Made by a program: the position numbers and the translations under genes. This document shows positions 20,673-29,892 of a stretch of DNA of 64,000 bases, one piece after another (position 1 is the first letter of the stretch; each line of letters begins with the position of its first letter). Below the pieces are notes generated by a model. It worked only from the letters and a program-made list of their open reading frames with translations, searched no databases and had not been told where the DNA came from. Origin of the DNA: Bacilli bacterium (GTDB lineage Bacteria > Bacillota_I > Bacilli_A > RF39 > UBA660); contig JAFWYR010000003.1 of assembly GCA_017522615.1 (NCBI GenBank), positions 4,229-68,228 of the forward strand, written 5' to 3'.

Positions 20673-21146
20673 CTAATTATCAATAAAATTTTCTATACTT
20701 TCTATTATTGCAGTATTAGAAACATATTTACTATATTTTTTATTTTCAATATTTAATAGAGATTTTTCTAAGTCATCTATATTATAACAAGGCTCTATAA
20801 ACTTTAAATTTCCAAATTCTTTAATCAATTGAACCTGATGGTCATCAACATGTTCACCATACTTAGAAAGTCTTGGAACACCTATTACCTTTTTACATTT
20901 TTTCACAGAATTAACTATCACACCAGTTCCAGCATGAGTAATCACAACATCAGCTTTATCAATTTTATTATTAAATTCTTCTTGCGTCATAAAATCAACA
21001 TACTCATAATACTTAGGTTTATAGTCACTCACACCTACTTGAGCAAAAACTTTTTCTTTAATAGTTCCATCTTCAACTAACTCATCAATTTTTTTTAATA
21101 ATCTATTAAATTGAAACTTTTGAGAACCAACAGTAACAAAAATCAT
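20673..21146 (-). CDS. PssE/Cps14G-family glycosyltransferase subunit
   Basis: MIFVTVGSQKFQFNRL; VITHAGTG; VPRLSKYGEHVDDHQ. Confidence 0.92.
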   Translation of the reverse strand: MIFVTVGSQKFQFNRLLKKIDELVEDGTIKEKVFAQVGVSDYKPKYYEYVDFMTQEEFNNKIDKADVVITHAGTGVIVNSVKKCKKVIGVPRLSKYGEHVDDHQVQLIKEFGNLKFIEPCYNIDDLEKSLLNIENKKYSKYVSNTAIIESIENFIDN

Positions 21147-21625
21147 TAATAAATACCCCCTTTATAAATAGCATCGGGATAAAATTCTAACATTGATTCC
21201 CATTGAACATAAAATTGATCTGCTATATGATTTTTATATATAAGTTTTCCAGTCATCGTTGGTCTATTTATTTTAGCAAAACTTTCTATATAAATTACCT
21301 TCTTTTTAAAAATATGTCCTATATAAAGCATAGGAATAGTTGCAAGAACACCAGTACTTATAATAACATCAGGTTTTTCCTTCATAAAAATATATAATGA
21401 TTTAAACAAAATACAAATCATTTTAAATATAAATAAAATCTCTTTTCTATTAACTTGTTTAACAAAATATTTTATTTTTTTATCATTTTTATTATATTTG
21501 GTTTTCTCTGTAACAATAAAAATATTATTATTTTCTTCTAATTTTCTAAGCATCAATAGTTGTTCAAAATGTCCACCAGATGAAGATATCAAACATATTC
21601 TTTTCTTTCGAGTATTTTTTTTCAA
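21146..21625 (-). CDS. PssD/Cps14F-family glycosyltransferase subunit
   Basis: ISSSGGHFEQL; DVIISTG; YIESFAKI; FYVQWE. Confidence 0.92.
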   Translation of the reverse strand: MKKNTRKKRICLISSSGGHFEQLLMLRKLEENNNIFIVTEKTKYNKNDKKIKYFVKQVNRKEILFIFKMICILFKSLYIFMKEKPDVIISTGVLATIPMLYIGHIFKKKVIYIESFAKINRPTMTGKLIYKNHIADQFYVQWESMLEFYPDAIYKGGIY

Positions 21626-21652
21626 TCAAACCACCAGCTCTATGTCCCTATA

Positions 21653-21868
21653 TCAATTACCTTTAATAAACACAAAATTATCATAACCCTCGAGTTCTGA
21701 TAATCTATATTCTTTTAATTTAACATCATAATAATCATTCATATTATCCAAACCAATTAATGTTATATCTTTAAGCTCTTTTAATAACCTTTTACACAAA
21801 TTAGATCCGATAAATCCACTTGATCCAGTTACTAATATTGTTTTCCCACTTAAATTTATTTTTTCCAC
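21653..21868 (-). pseudogene. Truncated NAD-dependent nucleotide-sugar epimerase (N-terminal ~71 aa only)
   Basis: GTG start with AGGTG RBS; ILVTGSSGFIG and GLDNMNDYYDVKLKEYRL, then TGA; no YxxxK catalytic part. Confidence 0.8.
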
Positions 21869-21878
21869 AGTAAAACAC

Positions 21879-22574
21879 CTACTTCGCACCTTTACATTTA
21901 AAAACAACTTTAAATGTTCTAAAAAATATTTTAATATCCATACTAAAACCATAGTTTTGGGAATAATATTTTTCAAGTTCTAATCTGTAATCAAAAGTAA
22001 CTTCACTTCTACCACTTACCTGCCAGTAACCAGTAATTCCAGGTTTAGTACTTACAATAATATCAAAGTCTTCTCCCATATCCTCTTGCTCACGAGGTAA
22101 ATATGGCCTATTACCTATTAGTGACATATCACCTTTTAAAACATTAATAAGTTGTGGAAGTTCATCGATTGAACATTTTCTAATTACCCTTCCCATCTTA
22201 GTTATTCTAGGGTCATTTTTTAACTTTTTATTTTTTTTATATTCTCTCGCAAGTTTTTTATTCTTTTTCAATAATTTCGTAAGTACTTCATCAGCATTAG
22301 GAACCATACTTCTAAATTTATAGAAATTAAACTCTTTACCATTTTTGCCTATTCTAGTTTGCGTAAAAAATATTGAATCAAAATCTTTATTAAGCATATA
22401 AACAATTTTAATTACTAAAGCTATTGGTACTAAAAATGCACACCCAATTATAGATACAATAATATCAAATATTCTCTTTACAAATAAATAAATATATGTT
22501 TTGACAGGTACAAACACATTTTTTTCAGATTCAACTTCTATACTAATACCATCATTCATACTAACTACTCCCAA
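21879..22574 (-). CDS. Priming (initiating) glycosyl-1-phosphate transferase, CpsE/WchA-like C-terminal domain
   Basis: KRIFDII; FYKFRSM; NDPRITKMG; SIDELPQLINVLKGDMSLIGNRP; KPGITGYWQVSGR. Confidence 0.93.
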   Translation of the reverse strand: MGVVSMNDGISIEVESEKNVFVPVKTYIYLFVKRIFDIIVSIIGCAFLVPIALVIKIVYMLNKDFDSIFFTQTRIGKNGKEFNFYKFRSMVPNADEVLTKLLKKNKKLAREYKKNKKLKNDPRITKMGRVIRKCSIDELPQLINVLKGDMSLIGNRPYLPREQEDMGEDFDIIVSTKPGITGYWQVSGRSEVTFDYRLELEKYYSQNYGFSMDIKIFFRTFKVVFKCKGAK

Positions 22575-22611
22575 CCCACATATGTAAACTAGTGTATACT
22601 ATCCAACTCTG

Positions 22612-22640
22612 ATTATATCACAATAATAAACTAAATTCAA
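22612..22640 (-). promoter_or_regulatory. Sigma-A promoter of the cps operon
   Basis: TTGAAT-17 bp-TATAAT with an extended TG, about 40 bp upstream of the priming GT start. Confidence 0.65.
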
Positions 22641-22745
22641 TCATTCAACTATCGCATTTCCACACACAATCATCTTAATTACTTTGAATTTTAATAAAAA
22701 AAGTAATTATTATAAATTAAAAAAAGATTATTTTCATAACCTTTT

Positions 22746-24205
22746 GGTTATATTATAAATAGTGTTGGTGAAGAAAATTACTAATGCTATTTTTGGTATA
22801 AAAAAGACATGTAGTTTGATACAATGTAATTGTCTACAAAAAACATTGAAAGGATCTGAACCACATGTCTATAAATAATTATATATTAAATTTACTAAAT
22901 ATTAAAGATAAAAATATATTTATTTCTGAAAAAATTGAAATCAAAAAGATTAAAGGTATAAATTATAAAGTAATTGAAGGTATTTTATCTTATATTCCTG
23001 AATATTGTCCTAATTGTGGCTGTATTAATGAGAGTCACAACGATATTATTGCTTGGGGATTTAGAAGAAATTGTAAAATTAAAATACCAAACATTTCTAA
23101 TTGTAAAAGTCTGCTTATTCTTCACAAGAAAAGATATCTTTGTAAACATTGTAATAAAACCTTTATTTGTGAAACTAATTTAGTTGATAGAAATAAAAAT
23201 ATATCTAATAATACTGAGCTTCAAATAAAGATAGAACTTATGAAAAAACAATCAGAAAAAGATATAGCTGAAAGAACTGGTGTCTCTGTTTCTAAAATTG
23301 ATAGAGTTTTAAATAATATTTCTTCTCATACTATTTTAAGACATGAAAATCTACCAATTAATATGAACTGGGATGAGTTTAAGGCTACCAAAGATACTAA
23401 AGGTAAAATGGCTTTTATTATAACTGATAATAACTCTGGTAATATCTTTGATATTAATGATTCTAGAAGAAGTATTGATTTAGAAAAGTATTTCAGAAGA
23501 TATTCTAAAAGACAAAGAGATAAAGTTAAACTTATATCTACAGACTTCTATTCTGGATATATTTACTTAGCTAAAAAACTATTTAAAAAGGCTGATACTG
23601 TTATTGATAGATTTCATATAGTTACTCAGGTTTATGTTGCTTTAAACATTACCAGAGTTAAACTATGTCATAAAGACAATTCTAATTATAATAAACTTAA
23701 ATATTATTGGAAACTTATTTTAAAAAACAAAAATGATTTATCTGAAAGAAAATTTTATTCAAAACATTTTCGTAAATATATCTCTCAGAAAGATATTGTT
23801 ACTTACTTAATTAATACTGATAAAACACTTAAAGCTACCTATGATTGTTATCAAGGTATTATTAATTCTATTAAAAATAAAGATATCAAAACTTTTAAAA
23901 ATATAATTTATAACAATAACAAAAATATTTCTCTTAAAATGAAACAAGCTTTTAAATTATATAAAGACAACATTAAATATATCGAGAATTCTTTTAAATA
24001 TGACATTAATAATGGAAGAGTTGAAGGAACCAATAATTTAATTAAAGCTATTAAAAGAATAGCTTTTGGATATAGAAAATATGATCATTTTATTGCCAGA
24101 GTTTTCTTAATTAAAGGTATTATAAAAGGATGATTTTCATCATCCTCCTATTGTTCAATTCATTTATCAAATTTATTGTCCACCAACACTATTTGACAAA
24201 GAACC
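22746..24205 (+). mobile_element. ISL3-family insertion sequence, complete
   Basis: Imperfect 25-bp terminal IRs (GGTTATATTATAAATAGTGTTGGTG and reverse complement GGTTCTTTGTCAAATAGTGTTGGTG); 8-bp target duplication AACCTTTT at 22738-22745 and 24206-24213. Confidence 0.93.
22865..24133 (+). CDS. ISL3-family transposase
   Basis: CPNCG zinc finger; WDEFK; STDFYSGY; IDRFHIV; NGRVEGTNNLIKAIKRIAFGYR. Confidence 0.95.
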   Translation: MSINNYILNLLNIKDKNIFISEKIEIKKIKGINYKVIEGILSYIPEYCPNCGCINESHNDIIAWGFRRNCKIKIPNISNCKSLLILHKKRYLCKHCNKTFICETNLVDRNKNISNNTELQIKIELMKKQSEKDIAERTGVSVSKIDRVLNNISSHTILRHENLPINMNWDEFKATKDTKGKMAFIITDNNSGNIFDINDSRRSIDLEKYFRRYSKRQRDKVKLISTDFYSGYIYLAKKLFKKADTVIDRFHIVTQVYVALNITRVKLCHKDNSNYNKLKYYWKLILKNKNDLSERKFYSKHFRKYISQKDIVTYLINTDKTLKATYDCYQGIINSIKNKDIKTFKNIIYNNNKNISLKMKQAFKLYKDNIKYIENSFKYDINNGRVEGTNNLIKAIKRIAFGYRKYDHFIARVFLIKGIIKG

Positions 24206-24215
24206 AACCTTTTTA

Positions 24216-25412
24216 TTATAAATCACTCATCAAAACACTTAATAGTTCTTGATTATTTTTAACAGATTTAAATGTAATTTTTTTATTATTATCTTTCGAA
24301 TCAATAATTACAGCAATACCATGTTTGGGATAAACCTCGACAGTTCTATAATCATTTATTTCTTTTTTATTTTCTGAAGTATTAATAATATTGTATTCAC
24401 ATAATGTTGGGCCTATTTTTTTATCCATTTCAAGGAAATATGATGTAACACCTAGTGAAGCTAAATTATAGGCAGTAGGACCATCAAAAATCGATAAATC
24501 AACAGATAAGTTTTGACTAATTATACTACCATAGAAAAATTTGATAGCTGGACCTAACTTAATAGCAGCATTAACAAAACTTTCACTTACCCCAATTTTT
24601 ATCATCTTCGAAATATCTTCATTAGTAAAATTAGGATACCTCTGATCAAACTTAATTAATGGTAAGTCGCTTTCTTTATCAAATATTAAGGTTTTATACA
24701 CCTCTTTTCCTTCTTCAAAAGGCAAGGTAAATGAAAAATCATCAGGTACATACTCTGTGCACCATTTAACATATTCATATAATTTATTAATAGTTATATC
24801 GTTTAAATTTAATCTCTCTAAGTAATAATCATCTTTATCTTCAACGGCAAATGTTGAATCTATCAAATTATTTGTATATATCATTCTATTTGAACCTTGT
24901 AAATTTGGATTATTAGTAATAATATAATTTGATTTTACAATAGGTTCTATTACATTTTTTAACTCTAATGAAGGATTATCTAATGATCCTAATTTTTTCT
25001 TAGCTAAATTATCATTACAATTTGCCTTCATTTTCTCATCTACCGATATATCCATATTTAAAGGCATCAGTCCATCTGTAATAACAAATAAATCATGTTT
25101 AGATAAAAATAAACCATTCCCAATAACACTTTTATTTCTTTTCTTGTATACTTTCAAGTCAATAAACGGACTTATAAATAATATCAATAAAAACACTCCA
25201 AATGAAGAAAAATAGATTATTGGACTAATTATTTCATCTTCATATAGCTTAGATAATATAACTTCAACAATTATCCCATACATAATAATACTTGTAATTA
25301 AATCCATTTTTGTAAATCGTTTTTGTTTTAAAACTATAAATGGATATGCCAACATAACACCTGCAATAAACACAATTATTATCAAAAATCCATATAATAA
25401 AATATATTCCAT
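24216..25412 (-). CDS. Hypothetical protein with three N-terminal TM segments
   Basis: 398-aa ORF with an RBS; no family recognised. Confidence 0.65.
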   Translation of the reverse strand: MEYILLYGFLIIIVFIAGVMLAYPFIVLKQKRFTKMDLITSIIMYGIIVEVILSKLYEDEIISPIIYFSSFGVFLLILFISPFIDLKVYKKRNKSVIGNGLFLSKHDLFVITDGLMPLNMDISVDEKMKANCNDNLAKKKLGSLDNPSLELKNVIEPIVKSNYIITNNPNLQGSNRMIYTNNLIDSTFAVEDKDDYYLERLNLNDITINKLYEYVKWCTEYVPDDFSFTLPFEEGKEVYKTLIFDKESDLPLIKFDQRYPNFTNEDISKMIKIGVSESFVNAAIKLGPAIKFFYGSIISQNLSVDLSIFDGPTAYNLASLGVTSYFLEMDKKIGPTLCEYNIINTSENKKEINDYRTVEVYPKHGIAVIIDSKDNNKKITFKSVKNNQELLSVLMSDL

Positions 25413-25559
25413 TTAAAACACCCCATTTTTATTAATTACAATTAATCAACCTCTACAATATAGTCGCACAATCGATTTCTATTGCTAAATATTTTTATTT
25501 AAAACATAATTATCATAAAATAGTCTTATATTATTTATCACATTATACCAATTAAGTAT

Positions 25560-26378
25560 CTATTTTATTTCCTTTAATATTTTATAACAATCTCTCGCAT
25601 AACCATCTATTTCCTTTTGATGGTCTTTAATAAAAGGAAGCTCAGTCATAAACTTATCCACATAATCTTTTGGAAGTTCATAGTTAACTTCTTTAATATT
25701 ACGAATAAAATATTCATCAAATTTTTCACCTTTTTGAACATCTAAATAAGGGTTATATACTTTAGAGTTTTGAGTAACCGACTCCTTAAGTTTATTGATA
25801 ATAGAAGTTACATCACTTACTTCTTCAGTATCTAGTATGACATATAAATATAGAAAATAAAAGAAATATTCATCAGTTTCATATTCAAGTTTTAACCCTT
25901 TCGCATTCTTCTTAATTTCATCCATTAAAGTTGAAAGTAAATTATCAAATCCACTCATACCTTCCTTAATAGATGAAAGCTTAGAAATTATTTCATTCTT
26001 CTCTTCTTCAATATTTTTAAGTTCTTTAGAGGCATTCTTCATTGATAACTTACTAAGTATTTTACTTAATCCAATTCCTATAAAAGCACCTATTATTAAA
26101 ATTAAAATAATCATCAAAGCTACATTTTTAATATTTAACAAAAACTTCAAAACTAAAAATGTTAGTAAATAACCTATCAAAGTACATATCTCCTCAGGTA
26201 TATTTAATTTACTACTTTTAATAGCTTTATCTACTTTAGAAACTGTCATACTAATCTCCTTGATATATTTACCTCTTTCGTTCAAAGCCTCTTTATAAAC
26301 TGGATGACATTTAATATAAACCATAAGTAAATAATACTTTATATTCTTTCCAATGTTTTTCTTCATTCTACTATTCAT
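25560..26378 (-). CDS. Hypothetical protein with two TM segments and a coiled coil
   Basis: 272-aa ORF with GAGG RBS; no family recognised. Confidence 0.65.
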   Translation of the reverse strand: MNSRMKKNIGKNIKYYLLMVYIKCHPVYKEALNERGKYIKEISMTVSKVDKAIKSSKLNIPEEICTLIGYLLTFLVLKFLLNIKNVALMIILILIIGAFIGIGLSKILSKLSMKNASKELKNIEEEKNEIISKLSSIKEGMSGFDNLLSTLMDEIKKNAKGLKLEYETDEYFFYFLYLYVILDTEEVSDVTSIINKLKESVTQNSKVYNPYLDVQKGEKFDEYFIRNIKEVNYELPKDYVDKFMTELPFIKDHQKEIDGYARDCYKILKEIK

Positions 26379-26512
26379 ACCAACACCTCTTCTCTATCAT
26401 AACATATTTTCTTAAAATTTTTTAAAATAAAAAAAGTAAATCCAAAACTTTTATAGAATGATTATATATAGAAGGGTATTCCTTCTTATCATAAAAGGAA
26501 AGTGGTGATTTC

Positions 26513-27406
26513 ATGGGAAAAGAAATAATAAAGAAAATAAAGGAGCTTAAAGAAAAGGGTGAGATTATTCCAGCTACTTATGATTCAGTTTTTAAATGTA
26601 TTATTCAAGATGAGGATTTAAAAGATTTTGTAGCTTATATAATTTCTAATATCGATGGAAGAATAATCGATATTGATGATATGATATTTGTAAATACTGA
26701 AAGTACTAAAAATACCATATTCGATAAAGTAAATGTCTCTGACATTATTATTGAAATAGACAGTAACAAAATAAATTTAGAAATGAATAAAAAGGATAGT
26801 AAAAAACTTAGAAATAGAAACAAAGCTCACTTTTACGATGAGGCTTTAAAGACTATCAATGTCACCTATAGAATAGGTGAAGAGAAATATTTTGAGCAGA
26901 TTAATTTCGATAATATATTTATTAAAGATGAATTAATATCAATCTATAAAAGAGTCAATATTAAAAGTTTAGAAGAAGATGAAGATGAAAAAAATTTGAT
27001 AAAATATCGCGTAAATATGGCAAATGTTTATAAAAAGTATTATACTGATGGTAAAGAACTTACGAGGTTTGAAAAAGGGGTAGGAATATTATCATTTAAA
27101 AAAATAAAAGACCTTCGTAAGCTAGCCAAAGGAGATAATATGCTTATGAAAGTAGTTAAGAAATTAGAAGATTTATGTGAAAATCCAGATATGATTAAAC
27201 TGATAGATGATGAAAAAGCTATGGAGTTTGGTCACAAACAAGATATTAAAGAGGCTGAAAAAAAAGCCCATAAATCTGGCTTTGATGAAGGTGAAGCTTC
27301 TGAAAAGGTAAAAACAGCTAAGAGAATGTTAAAAGATAATTTTGATATTGAAGCTGTTGAAAAATATACTGGTTTGTCAAAAAAAGAAATAAAAGAATTA
27401 AAATAA
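26513..27406 (+). CDS. Rpn/YhgA-like PD-(D/E)XK nuclease family protein (copy 2)
   Basis: 9 substitutions versus copy 1 over the first 253 aa; divergent C-terminal tail. Confidence 0.8.
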   Translation: MGKEIIKKIKELKEKGEIIPATYDSVFKCIIQDEDLKDFVAYIISNIDGRIIDIDDMIFVNTESTKNTIFDKVNVSDIIIEIDSNKINLEMNKKDSKKLRNRNKAHFYDEALKTINVTYRIGEEKYFEQINFDNIFIKDELISIYKRVNIKSLEEDEDEKNLIKYRVNMANVYKKYYTDGKELTRFEKGVGILSFKKIKDLRKLAKGDNMLMKVVKKLEDLCENPDMIKLIDDEKAMEFGHKQDIKEAEKKAHKSGFDEGEASEKVKTAKRMLKDNFDIEAVEKYTGLSKKEIKELK

Positions 27407-27492
27407 AGTATTTAAAAGGACTGTCATTTTAAAAGACAATCCTTTTTTAATCCAAATAAACATCTTTACTTTTCCGTTAAAAACACTCTAAA

Positions 27493-28905
27493 CTATTTAA
27501 TAATTCTCTTTACTGCACATCCTATAGCTTCATTTGGACAAACTAATTTACACAAGTGACATCCAACACACCTACTACCATCTAAAATAGGTTTTCTATT
27601 TTCAAACTTAATTGCCTGATGACCTCCATCCATACAAGATATAAAACATCTACCACACCCTACGCATTTGTCATAATTAAATTTAGGATATAGTATAGTC
27701 TTTCTATCTAACTCATCGAGCTGAACTAAAGATAACTTAGAATAACCAATAAAATCATTTAAAGAGTTATAATTTTTTTGTTTCATAAATATTTTAAGTC
27801 CTAGTATTAAATCATCGATAATTCTATAGCCATACTCCATTACAGCTGTCGTAACCTGAATACTCGAAGCTCCGAGTAATAAATACTCAGCCGCATCCCT
27901 CCAAGTATAAACTCCTCCCATCGCACTCAAATGTAAACCATTAAATGAAGAGTCACTCGCCAAATCTGAAATAAACCTAAGGCCAATTGGTTTAACGGCT
28001 CTGCCAGAATAGCCTCCTAAAGCAGATTTAAAAGAAACATTTGGTTCAGGAACTAAAGAATCTAAATCGACACCAGTTATACTCTTAATAGTATTAATTG
28101 CTGCAATCCCATCAGCTCCTCCATCTTTAGAAGCTCTAGCAGGAATACACATATCTGTAATATTAGGAGTCATTTTAGCAATAATAGGTAACTTACTTCC
28201 TCTGCGGGCAGCTTTTGTATATTTTAAAACTAAATCAGGATCTTGCCCTACATCTACTCCAGTATCTTTATACTCCATATTAGGACATGAAAAATTAAGT
28301 TCAATCGCATCACATCCAGCTTCGGTAACTTTAGAAGCTAAAAATTCCCACTCATCTTCATTTCTTCCCATAATAGAAGCGATTAATACTTTAGATGGAT
28401 ATTTTTCTTTAAGCTTTCTAAATATTTCTAAATTTTCTTCTAATGAATGTTCCGATAATTGTTCGATATTTTTAAATCCTAAAAAACTATTATCCCAATC
28501 TCTTAATGAAGAAAACCTAGGTGAAGACTCGTTTATTTCCATAAGACAAATAGTTTTAAAAACGCATCCAGCCCACCCCATATCAAAAGCTCTCGCACAC
28601 ATATCATAACTACTAGAAACAACAGATGAAGAAAGTAAAAAAGGGTTTTCTAATTTAATTCCACAAATATTAGCTGTAATATCCACGGAAGTATCAGATA
28701 TTAAATTATCTTCTTTTGATACTTCGCTTACAATCTTTTCTACATCAATTCCATATGGACAATCCTCAAAATGTTCATTAAAATCAAGTAAATATCTAGC
28801 TCCTAATTTATTGTCAAAACGTAAAGCTCTAATTATTCTCTCAGCTTTACATGGAGCATCATGACAAAGCATACATTTATGCACTTCCATTTTTATATCA
28901 TCCAT
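27493..28905 (-). CDS. preA: Dihydropyrimidine dehydrogenase subunit PreA-like (DHOD-type FMN barrel + 2x[4Fe-4S])
   Basis: ENPFLLSSS; GFKNIEQLS; ELNFSCPN; AKMTPNITD; GGYSGRAVKP; CVGCGRC and CVGCHLCKLVCP. Confidence 0.88.
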   Translation of the reverse strand: MDDIKMEVHKCMLCHDAPCKAERIIRALRFDNKLGARYLLDFNEHFEDCPYGIDVEKIVSEVSKEDNLISDTSVDITANICGIKLENPFLLSSSVVSSSYDMCARAFDMGWAGCVFKTICLMEINESSPRFSSLRDWDNSFLGFKNIEQLSEHSLEENLEIFRKLKEKYPSKVLIASIMGRNEDEWEFLASKVTEAGCDAIELNFSCPNMEYKDTGVDVGQDPDLVLKYTKAARRGSKLPIIAKMTPNITDMCIPARASKDGGADGIAAINTIKSITGVDLDSLVPEPNVSFKSALGGYSGRAVKPIGLRFISDLASDSSFNGLHLSAMGGVYTWRDAAEYLLLGASSIQVTTAVMEYGYRIIDDLILGLKIFMKQKNYNSLNDFIGYSKLSLVQLDELDRKTILYPKFNYDKCVGCGRCFISCMDGGHQAIKFENRKPILDGSRCVGCHLCKLVCPNEAIGCAVKRIIK

Positions 28906-29004
28906 ACTATAACCTCCAATTTATACCTCATATCCATATTAACACATAATTAAAAATCTTTAAAGAATCTAGCTAAAATAAAAATAGATCATATAGATCT
29001 ACTT

Positions 29005-29538
29005 TTATTCAAGGGTAATTGTACCAGACGATATTGGTAAATTTTCGTAATTACTATCTGTTAAATTAATAGTTCGTGTAGCAGGAACTGTATTTTGAAT
29101 ATCTATAGTAGATGTAGAAGTAGTCATAGTAGTATTTTGAACATTACCATCAAACTCATGAGCTCCATCAGATGTTAACTGTTTATAATAAATTACCGGT
29201 GCTGAAGTATCTGCAAACGGAACATTATTAAATAAAGCATCACCATTAGTATCTGTAGTAATCACGCCACCATACTCGTTACCTTGACTGTCAGTTCTTA
29301 CAAAAGTAGCTCCGACAATAGGTGTTCCTGTAGATGTTCCATCTTCAGTAACATGTAAAGTCAAAGTACCAGTTGCCGAAATAGTAAAATTATAAGTATT
29401 AACACCTTCAGTAATATCTACACTACTAGGATTAATAGAAGTATTATCATATCCATTTACAGAAGCAGTAACATTATAACTACCATTTAAAATATCTGAG
29501 TTTCCAGTACCATCAGTAATATCGATTATCTTTGCCAT
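29005..29538 (-). CDS. Thr-rich beta-sandwich protein (prealbumin/SpaA-like fold)
   Basis: TLTLHVTEDG..GTPIVGATF...ITTDTNGDALFNNVP pattern; no signal peptide. Confidence 0.5.
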   Translation of the reverse strand: MAKIIDITDGTGNSDILNGSYNVTASVNGYDNTSINPSSVDITEGVNTYNFTISATGTLTLHVTEDGTSTGTPIVGATFVRTDSQGNEYGGVITTDTNGDALFNNVPFADTSAPVIYYKQLTSDGAHEFDGNVQNTTMTTSTSTIDIQNTVPATRTINLTDSNYENLPISSGTITLE

Positions 29539-29819
29539 AAAACTATCTCCCCTTTCCTTATTGGGATACCATAATTAGAATCCCTTAAAATAAAAGTGAC
29601 AGTTTTATTACCATTAAATACTAATACTACAGATCCATATATTACTACATCGATTACTTGGCCACAAAACTTAGCTACTAATCTATAGGCTTTATCTTTA
29701 AAATCAAAAGAAACAATCCCATTATAAGTCATGCCTTCATATACTAAACATTTTTTATCATATATTTTAACTTTAGCTTGATAGTTATCACCAATACCTA
29801 ATCCTAAAAATATAACCAC
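29526..29819 (-). CDS. Hypothetical protein, 97 aa
   Basis: Overlaps the start of the beta-sandwich gene by 13 bp; likely coupled. Confidence 0.6.
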   Translation of the reverse strand: MVIFLGLGIGDNYQAKVKIYDKKCLVYEGMTYNGIVSFDFKDKAYRLVAKFCGQVIDVVIYGSVVLVFNGNKTVTFILRDSNYGIPIRKGEIVLWQR

Positions 29820-29892
29820 TAACCATCACCAATATATTGTATAAAAAAAAAGAAAATAAGTATTAATTAACACCTATTTTCAAAATAATAAT

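Noticed and set aside
21869-21976. N-terminal extension of the 107-aa epimerase ORF
   Set aside because: Overlaps the priming GT in another frame; the RBS supports GTG at 21868.
4460-27406. Rpn pair as a composite transposon
   Set aside because: No terminal inverted repeats or target-site duplication found; homology ends inside the coding sequence.
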